Part shown: piece by piece, positions 36,744 through 49,449 of the stretch
Position numbering within the stretch: the stretch's first letter is position 1
How the letters are laid out: each line of letters begins with the position of its first letter
Assembly (NCBI GenBank): GCA_040437565.1
Contig: JBDOQK010000011.1
Span: forward strand, 558,001-622,000
Direction of reading: 5' to 3'
DNA: 64,000 nucleotides
DNA from: Albugo candida
Lineage: Eukaryota
Program-made: the position numbers and the translations under genes
The notes under the pieces: generated by a model
The model's input: the letters and a program-made list of their open reading frames with translations, nothing else
Told to the model about the DNA's origin: nothing
Database searches by the model: none

Positions 36744-38852
36744 ATGCAAGCACCGCGAGCGGCAGTTGTAGCTCCGCGCAAGAAATCGTTAGCTGGGATC
36801 ATCCAGCATGGATTAAGACTGTCACCGAGGAAATCTCGACGTGATGATGTCGTGCACCAAATTAGCTCACATCGATCGCTAGAGTGCGCCCCGCAAGCAC
36901 AAGGAGCACAGTCCCTTGCAATGGTGGAAGTGAATGGGGAAGCTTTCCCATCGTCGCCTTCGCAGATTCGATCGCCCACTTTATCTGGCGAAACTGATCC
37001 CACATTGTCGTCGTGGAAACAGGTCACCTCTCCAAGCTCTGCTTCCACGCAATTCGAGATGCGAGGTATCTCGATCATGTCGTTCCCAATCAAGCAGCTT
37101 GTATCAAAGGAGAAACGCCGATTTGAAGAAGACGGATTCAATTTAGATTTGACTTATGTGACCGATCGTTTGATTGCATTCGGATATCCGGCAGAAAGTT
37201 TCGAAGGAATATATCGCAATCATTACAAAGACGTTTACAACTTTTTTGAAAAACGGCACGGTGACAAGTACAAAATTTATAATCTCTGCTCAGAACGCAA
37301 TTATGACAAAGTGAAGTTTCATTACCGCGTTGCAGAATATCCATTTGACGATCATTGCCCTCCACCTTTAGCACTGCTGTTAGCGTTTTGTCAAGACGTT
37401 GATCAATGGCTCACGCAAGACCCAGAAAATGTTGCTGCTGTACATTGTAAGGCTGGAAAAGGACGCACAGGTGTTATGATGTGCTCCTTTCTCTTATACA
37501 AGGGAATTTGGAAGACACCTCATGGAGCACTCACGCATTTTGCGGCCGCACGATCTTTGAAGCGGGAAGGGGTCACGATTCCCAGTCAAAGACGTTTTGT
37601 TGCATATTTCGCTGCAATGTGTCGAGGAATGTATCAACAGCGGGATCTGAACGTTGAGTACGGTTCACTTGACTTTCAAGGTGGTGATGAGCTTGAGCAA
37701 AGGGAGCATTCTATGTCACTGGAAGACTATCACCAATCTTGGGAAGCTATGGTTGGCGGAAAGCGCTCCCCTCTATCTCGTATCACACCGATTTTGCCAT
37801 CACCGAAACCACTCGTCTTGGTCATGATAACCATTGATGGGGTCTATAAAAGTCGGCCCATTGATCCTCGTATTCGTATCAGATGCTGCACGCTCGAAGG
37901 AATGCGAATTCAGTCATCTCGCCGCTTTAGCACAAAGTTAGTCAATCCAGAAATGCGCTATGATCTTCCTTGTCTCTTCACGACAGCACAAGCTGAAGAT
38001 AGCAATCTACTTTCTTCAGGCACCAATACCAAGAAATTGACTGCCAGTCCCAGACCATACATGCTTCGTCAAGGTTTCTCGATACCCCCTAAAGATTGGC
38101 CTTCTTCAGCACCCACAACACCCAGGAGATCGGATGCTTCTCCTTATATCAACTCTGTACCAAAACAAGGAGATAAGAAGCCTTCTTTTTTTTCTGGTAC
38201 TCAGCAACCCACAGAACCCTATCAAGCAGCCCATTCCGCTTCTGTAGTCTCCATGTCAATGAAATGTAAGCGTCTACTTGTATGTGGAGAGAGCAAGTTT
38301 TCGTTACACCATCGCTCCGGGAAATCGTTTGGGCAGTTTTGGATACACACGTCATTTATCAATCACAGTACGCTGAAATTGAGATTGAATAAACATGAAA
38401 TCGACGAGATCGCTAGGGATATCAAGAAGGGCCATCGTAAGTATTCGTCCGCATTCAGCATCACACTACATTTTGAAGAAGCGACGGACACAGATAAAGA
38501 AAAGATGAAACTTTTAGCAGATAACTTGACCGAGTTGAAGAACATGACTGCAGACCGATCGACAATGCACAAGCAACGTGAATCGATTGCTGTAGCTTCA
38601 TCCTTGGAGAATGTAGACACACGATTGCGTTCAAAATCAGAACAACTGGTGTCTACGGGAGAGGTAAGGGATCCTCCACCAGTAGCAGACAAATTGGACA
38701 AATGCGAGGATAGTTTAGACAAAAAGAGCTCAAATCAAACGTGGAAGTTTTTCAGGTTCCGTAGACGGGAACTAAAAAGCGATCTTGTCAGGGCGGAAGA
38801 AATACTGCAATGCGATCATATCGTGGAGCAGGTACTAAAACATCAGGAATAA
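36744..38852 (+). CDS. PTEN: PTEN-family phosphoinositide 3-phosphatase (phosphatase plus C2-like domain)
   Basis: LVSKEKRRFEEDGFNLDLTYVT, YRN, PFDDHCPP, catalytic HCKAGKGRTG and GVTIPSQRRFV. Confidence 0.93.
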   Translation: MQAPRAAVVAPRKKSLAGIIQHGLRLSPRKSRRDDVVHQISSHRSLECAPQAQGAQSLAMVEVNGEAFPSSPSQIRSPTLSGETDPTLSSWKQVTSPSSASTQFEMRGISIMSFPIKQLVSKEKRRFEEDGFNLDLTYVTDRLIAFGYPAESFEGIYRNHYKDVYNFFEKRHGDKYKIYNLCSERNYDKVKFHYRVAEYPFDDHCPPPLALLLAFCQDVDQWLTQDPENVAAVHCKAGKGRTGVMMCSFLLYKGIWKTPHGALTHFAAARSLKREGVTIPSQRRFVAYFAAMCRGMYQQRDLNVEYGSLDFQGGDELEQREHSMSLEDYHQSWEAMVGGKRSPLSRITPILPSPKPLVLVMITIDGVYKSRPIDPRIRIRCCTLEGMRIQSSRRFSTKLVNPEMRYDLPCLFTTAQAEDSNLLSSGTNTKKLTASPRPYMLRQGFSIPPKDWPSSAPTTPRRSDASPYINSVPKQGDKKPSFFSGTQQPTEPYQAAHSASVVSMSMKCKRLLVCGESKFSLHHRSGKSFGQFWIHTSFINHSTLKLRLNKHEIDEIARDIKKGHRKYSSAFSITLHFEEATDTDKEKMKLLADNLTELKNMTADRSTMHKQRESIAVASSLENVDTRLRSKSEQLVSTGEVRDPPPVADKLDKCEDSLDKKSSNQTWKFFRFRRRELKSDLVRAEEILQCDHIVEQVLKHQE

Positions 38853-39046
38853 GATTTCTTGACCACAAGAGGAGAGTGGCGGATCAGTAGCCTATCTACA
38901 CGTATGCAAGATACTAGAAGATATAAATTGCTGTAATATAAGGTACACGATGCTGTTGTGTTGGAGATAGCCTTTAATTCCATGACTTTTGCAGCAGCCT
39001 AATGCGAGGTACAGCACACTAAATAATCAATTCCAATACCTCCATC

Positions 39047-40847
39047 ATGGAGCTACTCGAACTTTTGGTGCATTTTAATCGCACGCTTTGTATTTCAATT
39101 CCCTCTTCTCTAGCTACGACTAAATATGTAAAATCATTCGTGGAAGAGAGAGAAGGCGCACCAGCTTACATGATTGAACTATATGTAAATGGGTACAAAC
39201 TTGCCAATGATGCACATCTGCCTCCTCTTCCTTCCATTATACGAGCGCGTTTGTCAAGAGGATTGCTGGGAGGAAAAGGTGGATTTGGAGCAATGCTCCG
39301 AAGTATGGGCAAAGGATCTGGCTCCAAGTCGACAAGAGACTTTGGTGCGTGCCGAGACTTAAATGGCCGTCGCTTGCGGCATGTTAACCAAGAGTTGGCC
39401 ATACAAAAGTGGAAAGAAGAAGAAGATATCAGAGAACAACACAAAAATCTTGGAATCTCAGAAAGAGAGCTTTTAGAGGAAGACACGCCCAGCGGGATCC
39501 CCGGGTGGTATCTCCCGACGCCGTCCTGGAGTGAAGGAATCAAAAAATCACACATGAAGCGACAACGAAACACAAAAATGTGTCAAAACTGGGTCAAAGC
39601 ACGTCTTGATGGAAAGGAACCACCGAAGGATGCACCGAGATGGTGGGGCTGTCCCCGGGGGCGACAATGTGATTTCGCTCATGGAGAAGAAGAGCTTCGT
39701 GGCATACAGTTGACAGAACACAAGAGGGTTAAGAAAGAAGAAAAAGATCGTGAGAAACAATGCAAGTTACGTCGATACATTGAGTACGAAAAGGACATGA
39801 GAAATGACTTAGATGATGCTATACAGCAAGGTTTATTACGCCGTGGAAAGGCTAATGGAAGAAAAAACAAGCAAGAATCGAGTAGCACTTATGATGTTGA
39901 TAGAGTGCTGAACGATAGAACACCGTGGCTTGAATCTGTCGATGATAGTCTTTCTCTGACGTTTCGTTATGGTCTCTGTGAGGTTCGAGGCACAAGTAAC
40001 TTTGGTACAGCAACTGCATCATCGTACTCCTATAAAGATGGTAAATGGTACTACGAAGTCAAACTGATCACTGACGGTGTAATCCAAGTTGGCTGGGCTG
40101 GTGACTCATTTCACACCGACTCGGAAGATGGTGATGGAGTTGGAGACCATGTGCGATCTTGGGCTTACGATGGATGTAGGATGCTGAAATGGACTGATGG
40201 TAAAGATAAGGAATATGGGCAACATTGGGATGCTGGGGATATTATTGGCTGCATGATTGATTTGGTGAAGGGATGCATTTGTTATACAAAAAATGGAAAG
40301 TCCTTGGGTGTGGCTTTTGAGAAAATTCACAAAGCTGGAGCAAATGAAATGATATACCCGGCTGTGAGTGCTGAAGATAAACAAATATTATTGATGAATA
40401 TTGGAGGCCAGCCAATGCAATTTCTTCCTGACGGATACTTTCCAGTGCAAAGAAGCGTACAGATTTCTCAAAACATCGAGGATAGTTCGCTCCACGATAC
40501 TATATCATTTCCAACTAAATCAGATATGCAACAACAGGGAGATAAAAGTATGGGCAAAATAGATGCAACATCAGTTGCAGCAAAGGAAGATTTTGTAGAC
40601 TGGAGCAAATATAGCACTGCCAAACATCTGGAACAATTAGGTCTCGAAAGACTCAAGGATATATTAAGAAGACGTGGGCTCAAATGCGGGTCGGTTGTAT
40701 TTTTTCTTCATCGATGAGCTCTATACTAATGTGCATGTGTATCGTAGAGGAAACTTGGAGCAGAGAGCAGCACGGCTGTTCAGCACGAAGAATAAAAAAT
40801 GGGACGATATAGACGCAAAGATCAAGGCAACAGATTCTGGGAAATAG
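39047..40847 (+). CDS. SDE2: Sde2 (ubiquitin-fold, GGKGG cleavage motif) fused to a CCCH zinc finger and SPRY domain, with Sde2/SAP-like C-terminus
   Basis: LLGGKGGFGAMLR and ACRDLNGRRLRHVN. Zinc finger C...CPRGRQCDFAH. SPRY motifs GKWYYEV, GVGD..SWAYDG and GDIIGC. Intron 40690-40748 gives LGLERLK..L.RRGLKCGGNLEQRAARLF. Confidence 0.88.
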
Positions 40848-41039
40848 GAGAATTAGAGAATTGTATTTTACATGCCTGGTCAAAGATCATTGACAGTTAT
40901 TCATCAAAATTCTTTTGAGAGTTCGTGCGGTATACCACAAGGCGTTATTGCTAGGAACTAGCGCTCATCACTCGAAGCACTCCATTACAACTGTAGGAGT
41001 GATCCAAATCTGACCACTGGTATGAAAGATCGACGTAGT

Positions 41040-41400
41040 CAATTTGATGATCAATTCACAAACACGGTCGATTCTTGCATTCCCCAAATGTTGTCGATAA
41101 GATTAAAGTCTTGAATGCTACTGACCAGATCTTATCTTTGAGCCGCAAATCGTCGTCTTCACGAGAACAAAGCTTTTCAGTTTTGCAAGAAGACAAATCC
41201 GGCTTGATGTACAAGGAACGCATTACGTATTTGGGTGTACATGTGATAAATGGCCGACTATCGTCCCTCCGGCCATGTTATTTGTTGGCCATTATGAATG
41301 ATGCCACATGCTAATCCGATTATAACTGAGCCACCACCACTATGTCAATCTACTTGAGGAGGTCTCTTTCTCGAGCCATCGTGATCAAGCGTCGCACTCA
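41040..41400 (-). mobile_element. Degenerate Tc1/mariner transposase relic
   Basis: HSGGGSVIIG (41315-41344, cf. HGGGSVMVWG) and QDFNLIDNIWG (about 41082-41113, cf. SPDLNPIENLW) are in the correct order, broken by stops and frameshifts. Confidence 0.6.
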
Positions 41401-41794
41401 GGACAGCCCCTTTTAGGCAGCCCCACAGCGGTGTTGGCTTCATGACACACGATCCTTCTCAACGTATAAGAGGATCTAAGCGGGTGCGATACTATTTGTT
41501 GCAAGTCTCTTGTTGCGCATGGTAATTGATGGATACGATCTGGCTGGATTGGCTTGACTGAATGATTTTGTTTTACAAGGGAGCTTTCTGTTCACAGAAG
41601 TAGCCGTAGAAGCCTCGGAACTTCTCTGAAAGTCATCCTCATAATTTCGTACAAGGACTGGTCAGGAAATCAAGCTGCGAACTGACGTTTGCAAGCTTCC
41701 ATGTGCCGGAATACGCATCTCCGTAGGTAGGAAGTTGAGGACGTCTTATAGTTTACACAAAGAGTCGTAGAAATACAGCAGCGTGATATAGGCG

Positions 41795-42750
41795 CATTGT
41801 GGGGCCCCGAATTTGCCTTGAACCCAACAAGTTCTTTGTGAGTGTGATCTTTTTGAGACTACGCGGTGCAACGCGACCGCTTCGACATATAAGGTCAAGC
41901 ATGTCGTCATCTTTAGACTCGGATGGCGACGAAGAAAGCGTGAAGACTTTACAATTGTATCAGTGGGAACTCTCATATGCTGAAACTGGGGCGACTAGAG
42001 TTTTCAAAGTAGACCATGACCAATGCGTTTGTGGAAAGCTTATTCGAACAGAATCCTACTGGCAAAAAAGGTCTGAAGATGAGCTGAAGGATAAGATAAT
42101 CCAAGGCTCGATTTCCACGAAGCTTGCGAAGCAAGTGATGATGAAAAGTACTGGCATTGAGTTGCGAGGTGAAATGATATTGTCTTGAAGAATAAGACTG
42201 AACCGGCTGTGACTGTGAAAATGTTGTATTGCTAATGGCGCGAGGTACACAGAACTCACCTAAGGGGAATGGGAAACGTACGGAGCTCTCATTACAATAT
42301 CATAATCAACTTGTAGATTTGGGCTGACCCGTGAATCGATCGCATGTTGTGAAGTCTTAGACTGAAAAATTCAAGATTTTGGTAACAGGCAACTCAAGAA
42401 AAGCCGGAGTATGCAGAACACGGCACCAGCTATCAGAGCGGTGTATGTATTGTAGTGGAGATCGTTTCAAGCGTGATTGTTTGGACATATTGTCATGATA
42501 CGGATGGCGAGCGAAGAACACATAGAAACGTGAAATTATGTTGGAAGAAATCCCCACGCTAGTCAATGAAGGATCTGAACCTTGTCGATGGTACTTTGAC
42601 TCGGGATCAAATGCACCATTACAGCGTGCAAAAAGAATTCAAATATTATGAATTATGTAATGACAGCGACGGGAAGCGGTTATCAGAGTCTGCGTGACAT
42701 CATGATGTACGAAAGATGGCGCAGAAATAATTATGTTAGAAGGAGGAAGT
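41795..42750 (+). mobile_element. Degenerate Ty1/copia gag-protease relic
   Basis: Gag-like IIQGSIS..LAKQVM..STG.E, decayed zinc knuckle CMYCSGDRFKRDC (42442-42480) and protease WYFDSGSNA (42589 onward). Multiple stops. Confidence 0.65.
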
Positions 42751-43062
42751 CAATCAGAGAATTGCAGATCGGCGTCCAGCAATGAAAGTATAGGACAGGG
42801 CTTAGGCTAAAAATTTTCCTTTCACTCAGCCCTGTTCATCACAGAGCCTGACAATTTCGGGGCTCGTGACNNNNNNNNNNNNNNNNNNNNNNNNNNNNNN
42901 NNNNNNNNNNNNNNNNNNNNNNNNNNNNNNNNNNNNNNNNNNNNNNNNNNNNNNNNNNNNNNNNNNNNNNAAAATTTTCCTTTCACTCAGCCCTGTTCAT
43001 CACAGAGCCTGACAATTTCGGGGCTCGTGACGGTGCTGATACCTAAGCAGAAGAATTTGAAC

Positions 43063-43400
43063 CTATTTTTTATTGAAGTGATGATTGTCGAGCAAATTGT
43101 AGCTGTGCTGATCGAAGACGTGTTGTACGCCCCAGCAGCTAGCTGCAATCTTTTCTAACCTATTATCGCGCCTGGCCAAGGCCTCCAAAAGACGTGCAAC
43201 AATGCGCGTTTGTTTGAAGTGATGAAGGACGAGGCAGGTGTGATCCGAACACCACACAAAAAGAACTTATGATGCTCACTACTCATAATATTGGCAGTGC
43301 TGGGAACAAGATAAGTAAAGGGAGAGGCAAGAAGCAAGTACTTGCTAGTCTTGCTGTTACGAAGGGTGTCCCATACATTGCTTTCTGGCACGAGGGACTT
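43063..43400 (-). mobile_element. Possible degenerate LINE RT C-terminal relic
   Basis: RRDNRLEKIAASCWG resembles the RNNILRKLAGTxWG segment that follows LINE RT. A frameshifted KFLGV-like segment precedes it. Confidence 0.4.
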
Positions 43401-44224
43401 ATTCGGCTGAGGGTTGGTCGTGCGATGGCTAAGGGCGTAATGCTCGAGAGCCGGGGAAGCATTGGCTACGTGGATTGTTACTTGGCAAGCAACTCAGAAA
43501 ACACCTCACAAAGCTTATGACAAAGAGATGAAGAAACTCAAGGATGTTATTTTCGCGCACCTATTTATCCTGGACAAATAAGTGATTGCCATGTTATGCC
43601 ATTCTCGTGGTCATGTACGGCTATCCGCACTACGTCAAGACATTCTGTTTGAATTCTTGGACCGAAGGCGAGTAAATGAACGCATGAAAGTTATATGAAG
43701 TGAACAGAGCGACAATGTGCCCATGAAGTCAACCAAAACAAATATTCGTGATTCCGATGAAGGTAATATACCCCAAGGTTATTTGTGCACCACGTTCTGA
43801 CCGATAAAGGGAAAGAGATGTTGCCAATACTAGATGGGATCACTAAATATGTCGTATCGTCCACGACGTTACGGCTAATAAACTTATCTGAAGCTTCTTC
43901 TGAACAGGAACAAGTGAAGTATAATCGGCTCGATTATGATATTTCACTGGTTTCGATCTTTCTGGTGTTACTTACAGGAGACTGAACGAGCGTGGTAAGT
44001 AGTAGAACTATTGACCAATTCTAGTGTCACCAAAGTTGTAACAACTCTACCATTCCAATGAGAATGAGTTTTTGCTCGGTAGATGAGAGCTCATCATCCG
44101 ATGAAACCCTCATATTCATGGAATTCATATCGATAGATTCATCATAGTATTGCATGTAACGAGCGAACACTGATAGTGTTGAAGCCCTTCCCAATAGTAC
44201 TCTGGGAAGTAGGGTCGTAAGCAT

Positions 44225-44400
44225 TTATTTGTTGAAGATATCTTCGCACAAGAACGCCGTTGCAGGCTGCATGTATGCTTGACGACTTACCATTAGTGTC
44301 AAAAGAGGGAATTGTTGATGCGACAAATCCCCACAATCGGACCTGCATGGTGTTATTGTAGTCGAATGATTGAGCCTTAGTCGTGGACTCGGCGGAATTC
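44225..44400 (-). mobile_element. Possible degenerate hAT transposase dimerisation-domain relic
   Basis: QQFPLLTLMVSRQAYMQPATAFLCEDIFN resembles FPxLxxxAxxxLxxPATSxxxERxFS. Confidence 0.4.
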
Positions 44401-47400
44401 GCGAATAAATGTGAATCCGGATCCCACTTCGTTTCTTTCGATATATTTCTTCAGAAAATTTTTCTTGAACGGATTTGAGCATTTGCGTTGGCATTCTTTC
44501 TACGGCATGCGAGCGATAGGCTCGTTAAATTTTCTTAGGGTTTGCTGTGAGAAAAACAGCTTGGTCCTAATGTGAATAATAAGCTGCCCTTGATTTTCCT
44601 TGAAAGGTACAATTCATGGAAGCTCTAAATTGACCAAAGATAAAAAAGAGGCTCATCCGCATCGAAAAAAAGGATTTATTGTTGTGTCATTGGTTAGAGA
44701 ATTTTTGAGACGATTTCTGCAGTGAATGTCGGTAGAAATTGTCGGTCGTCGAACTAATGAACGAGTTCTTGAAGGTAGGGGGCTTTAGGATGATAAAGGA
44801 AGGAGAGAATCTCCTTAAAGAAGTTGAATTCAGATTGATATGCTGAATGATGATTTCCCGACGCCTTTCACGATTAAGCATCTCTGGCTGCTTTCTTTAT
44901 CGCCACTATCGATGATGGTTCAACTTGATTGTGACCCGGTAATCATGGTATACGATTACTGGCTTTACAAGCACGCTCATAGCTACATTTTGCTCTTCCG
45001 GTAAATAGGTCTGATTTGGATTTCTCGGCTCTATCAGAGGTTTTCTCACAACGTTACCTCTTCCCGTCTCAAGAATTACAGTCAGGCAAAAATTCTAGAA
45101 GTTGAGATCAGTCCACTAGATGGTATAATCATTTGAGCTCAGCCTTGAAATATGATGTTCAAATAGATCAACGGGCGAACTAAGTTTTCGCATTTAACGG
45201 AATGATGACCAGGACTTGCCATTGCAATTATAATCAAGAATGCTCGTGCGGCTGCATCAAGTCTATGCAATAATTCTAGCTCTCGCTTTCTCCTAACTGT
45301 CTTTTTGACCTAATTGAGTTTTTCCTGGCTACTGCAAGTTTACCGGACACCTTTTTCATACGGCGCGGTCTTGTGCGAGTATCCATAACGTACACAGATT
45401 TTTTTTGCTTCAAATCCTCGCGTGCGAGTCGTAATTCGATGTCGCAGATTCTTGAGAGACAGGTATCTGATCGATGCAAAAGGGTGTTCTCGATCTCAAT
45501 TAATAGGACATACACATTCCATACAACTTCGCTCCAAATTATTCTTGCATGATCTCATGTTTTGAGTCTTGGGAATCCTGTCAGAACTGCTGCTCAGATT
45601 GAAGGGTAATGAACTCAAGAGTTCGAGTTGGGCCTTTCATAAAGATCTCGTGCAGCATTATGCATCAGAAATGCAAGCACATTTATTACAAGAAACAGCA
45701 GTCATACTTCGTCCTATGAAGACAGCTATTATTATAGTCGCTGCTGAAAGCGGTACTCTTGAACTTGTTTCGCAATGGCTTTCGCTCCTTGATTTTTATT
45801 CCTGACAAATCTTTGTATTCAATAATGTCACGGATATTCCATCGTTACAATCCAAATTCAACAATAAAAATGAGGTTTTGATTCTCTAGTCGGGAACATA
45901 TGGCAAAGCTATGTTAGTTGGTTGATTTGCTGAATGGCAATCCAAGTGTATTCTATATTCATGGAGGAGAGTTGCNNNNNNNNNNNNNNNNNNNNNNNNN
46001 NNNNNNNNNNNNNNNNNNNNNNNNNNNNNNNNNNNNNNNNNNNNNNNNNNNNNNNNNNNNNNNNNNNNNNNNNNNTATGTTAGTTGGTTGATTTGCTGAA
46101 TGGCAATCCAAGTGTATTCTATATTCATGGAGGAGAGTTGCTAAAGTGCTTCCTAAGGATTGCTTGATGAGATTTCTAAGAGATGTGAATGCATCAACTG
46201 AACGATGATGGATCATAGGCAGTTTATTTGTCGAGTCAAGATCAAATTTAGCATTGGTAATGAGAAAACACAACCCGACTGAATTTGAGCTAGTGCAGAA
46301 GAAAACTTTAATTACATCAACGCAAATAATCTGCACGATTGCATCTCTCGCTTTTCTTTCTTGCAGCTTTGATGCTTCTTCGATTATTCTAGTGAGACAA
46401 TCATTTGAGGAGTATAGCTCTCTCTTTGGAAATTTGATTTGTCTACATGATCGCCCCAAATCACATGGAATTCCCATGGATCAGATAGACAAGAGTACAG
46501 GTAAGATTATGATGTAGCTGCCAAAAAACCTTTTCCAAAAAAGACTGACAGCATCGGGTAGCAGAAATGTAGGACCAAGGTGTAGACGACCAGATAAAAT
46601 AGGTGATGAGATGACACAAATATAATATCAGCAATCGTAACATGAGTTCGCGAGTCTAAGACTTTCACGTCGAACTTCAGAATGACTAAGAATAATTTTT
46701 CTATACTTGTGCGCATGTGGTTTGTTGGGTGTCACGGACCTAGAATGTTAGGCCTTGTTGCTGAATATCCAAAGTGCCAAGAGTCAGATGAGAAGATGAC
46801 ACAGAAGAGTATTTGGGAGCAGAGTCTTCTTTCTCGTTCGATGACCCTTGTGTCTAGACTTATCGCATGGTTACCTCAAGATCTAACACTTCCCCCCCGT
46901 TTGTGCGTCATCTTCCTGTGATTTAAATTCCTCTTTGACATCTGCTTCGTTAGTGTATACATCCATTACGACCAAGCCATGTGCCTCCAACTGAATGTAG
47001 TGCTGGTTCAAATCGATAAACATGTTCGATTTTTACCTTTCCTCACATCATAACGAAGTCGAAAAAGCCAGATCATGCTGCATGCGTCAACAAAGACAGG
47101 GATTATCATCAGAAAAAAGGACCATGGGCGTTACTCTTCCTTGGCTCGTCTTATATCGGGCTCAGAGTGCCGCCAAAGCTTATAAATGTGCTGTACAGCA
47201 ACAATCGACTCCAGCAATTGTGATTTTGCTCTGATCAATTTCTGTGAACGCTGTATCCGTCTATAGGCCGCACTAGTGGCGAAGGATCAGTACTCAGCTA
47301 TAACCCCATACCGTCTTTTAACACATAAAATATAAATACGATTCAAAGCGTACAAAATGTGCAACTCATTGAAATAGGGATAGAATGTATCAAACAAAAC

Positions 47401-48288
47401 ATTGACGATCTCTTGCACCCTTGCATAAGAATTGGGAGTGGGACTCTCGAGCTGACTGTCGAGTTCAATACGACGCATTCAATTTCTGAAATGTAAAAAC
47501 TAATACTTGATAAATCTCGGGGATTATATACTCATAATGCGACGTCATTCTAGTTCACCAATACTGCTATAGCTCTCATGATACAGTTTTCTTCCTCCAT
47601 TGCCCTCTCGATAAGGTGGCTTCTTGTTTGCAGTTAAATTCGATCTTGCTGCTGGAAAAGCACCTCATAGGCCTTTCAGCCGCAAGACAATTTCTAATAA
47701 GCTGACATCTCCAACGAATTTTGTGCTAATGCAGCCGCGAAGAGTCAAGTCAGCTAAGTCTTTCAAGTATCACGATTACAAAAAAGCATCAACTCTTCTA
47801 GATGACCCTAATCATTCTGTGGTGTCACATTTGACGCTAGTTCGATAGCTTTTGCAGGAAAATTATGAGAAAACGCTCATGCTGTGACTCACTCGAAACG
47901 CGGCGGTCTACATTAATGCACATTATCTCCTTGGCTAATCTCTTTGACTAGCATAATAGTGGTCATTCATCAGAAGCCATCGATCCTTGATATAGCAATA
48001 GTGTCTCAGATGGGATCAGATCGCTTTTGAGGTTTAAGGGGCTCGAGTAGACTCACTCTTGTGTATTTTAATTTCGATTATCTTGGTGGTGAACACATGT
48101 GTGCATCTTTCGCGTTGTATTGGTAGCCTTACGTAAGAAACTCAAGTTGTGACTAGATAGAGATGACTCATGCAAGTACTTTTGTAATAAAGACTTTATT
48201 ACTGGTAGTATTACTGTGTGATGGTAATGTATATGGCTATGTGAACATGGTATATTGATACGGAAGAAAGCTCTATGCTGAGCGTATC

Positions 48289-48762
48289 TCATAATTTGAC
48301 ACCATACATGATATCAGAGGTTTGTATCTCATTACCTTTGGTTGGATTAAGCAAAGGCGAAAGATTTAGTAATTGGTCCAACTCTTCTTCTGTAAGAGTT
48401 GATAGGAGCTCGTCGTCATCTTTTTCACATCCGAAGCTTTCCATGGAAGGTTTCATTCCAAATATATACAAAGTCAATTCTCCTGGCTCGCATCGACGCA
48501 GGGTATCATGACTGAAAGTGCACACATTTGCTCTTGTTTTCGTCCACTTTCGAAAACCGAAATTATTAAGCTGGCGTTGGAAACTGGAAAAGTTGTTATG
48601 CTTGAAATACTTGGAAAGAATTTCTTTCTCCAATCTTGTAATGTCGTATATTTGGAAGAAATGCCCATCGGATGACCACGAGATTATATTTGGATCCTCA
48701 GTTGCCAACATTCGGTAAAGAGCTTTCAGGAATTTGGGAACTTTGATGGGCTTCATTGACAT
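48289..48762 (-). CDS. Short HSF-type DNA-binding domain protein (157 aa)
   Basis: PKFLKALYRML...IISWS.DG..F.I, YFKHNNFSSFQRQLNNFGFRK and FSH. Confidence 0.9.
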   Translation of the reverse strand: MSMKPIKVPKFLKALYRMLATEDPNIISWSSDGHFFQIYDITRLEKEILSKYFKHNNFSSFQRQLNNFGFRKWTKTRANVCTFSHDTLRRCEPGELTLYIFGMKPSMESFGCEKDDDELLSTLTEEELDQLLNLSPLLNPTKGNEIQTSDIMYGVKL

Positions 48763-49449
48763 GAGAAAAGAACGAAGAATTTATAAGCTCAGTGAAAATT
48801 ATTTTGTGATGTTGTGATATTTGAGTAGCTATTGCGTCCCCACTATCATTAGCGGGATGACAAGAATGGCACGACTGCCATGTTCGTGCCTTCTTAATGA
48901 TGCTTTTTCTGTCGAAATCCTTTCATAAACGATCTTGCAAGATGTTCATGGTAGCATCAGAAGTGAATGTGAATGCTCTTGTCTTTCCTGATTGAAGTCA
49001 GTATGGATACATGAAGTATTGTTATGGTGAGACGCACAGTACCATCAAATGTAAAAAATTAGACTGAAATGGCTGACGACATTGGGTCGGAAGAATGAAA
49101 TATTTTACATTCTTTCAATCAAAAAAGATAGTGAAGCATACATCAGTCACTTGGAAAATTAGTCATAATGGTCAATTTTGACTAGAGATAGGCGATGAAG
49201 CGATCGTCACATGTTTGAAGGTCTGTCGATGCTTGTCGCTCTTTTACATGCTTGCATGTGCCTATATCCACGAGCTCATATTTTACCAAGTTTCAGTCTT
49301 AGAACGTTTTATGGCCCAATTTCTTGCGCAAGTATTTAGCAAGTTTCCACAAAATGACAACACACACCCATTTCTTCCAAGACCAATCTCGTGGCCTGTA
49401 TATTAAAATACTTTCTTGCAGTAAAGGATGCATTGGAGATAGAGCTGAC

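Larger units (their letters stand above)
42810..46141. repeat. Two short gap-flanking duplications (42810-42870 = 42971-43031; 45910-45975 = 46076-46141)
   Basis: Identical 61-bp and 66-bp overlaps at 100-N gaps. Confidence 0.88.
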
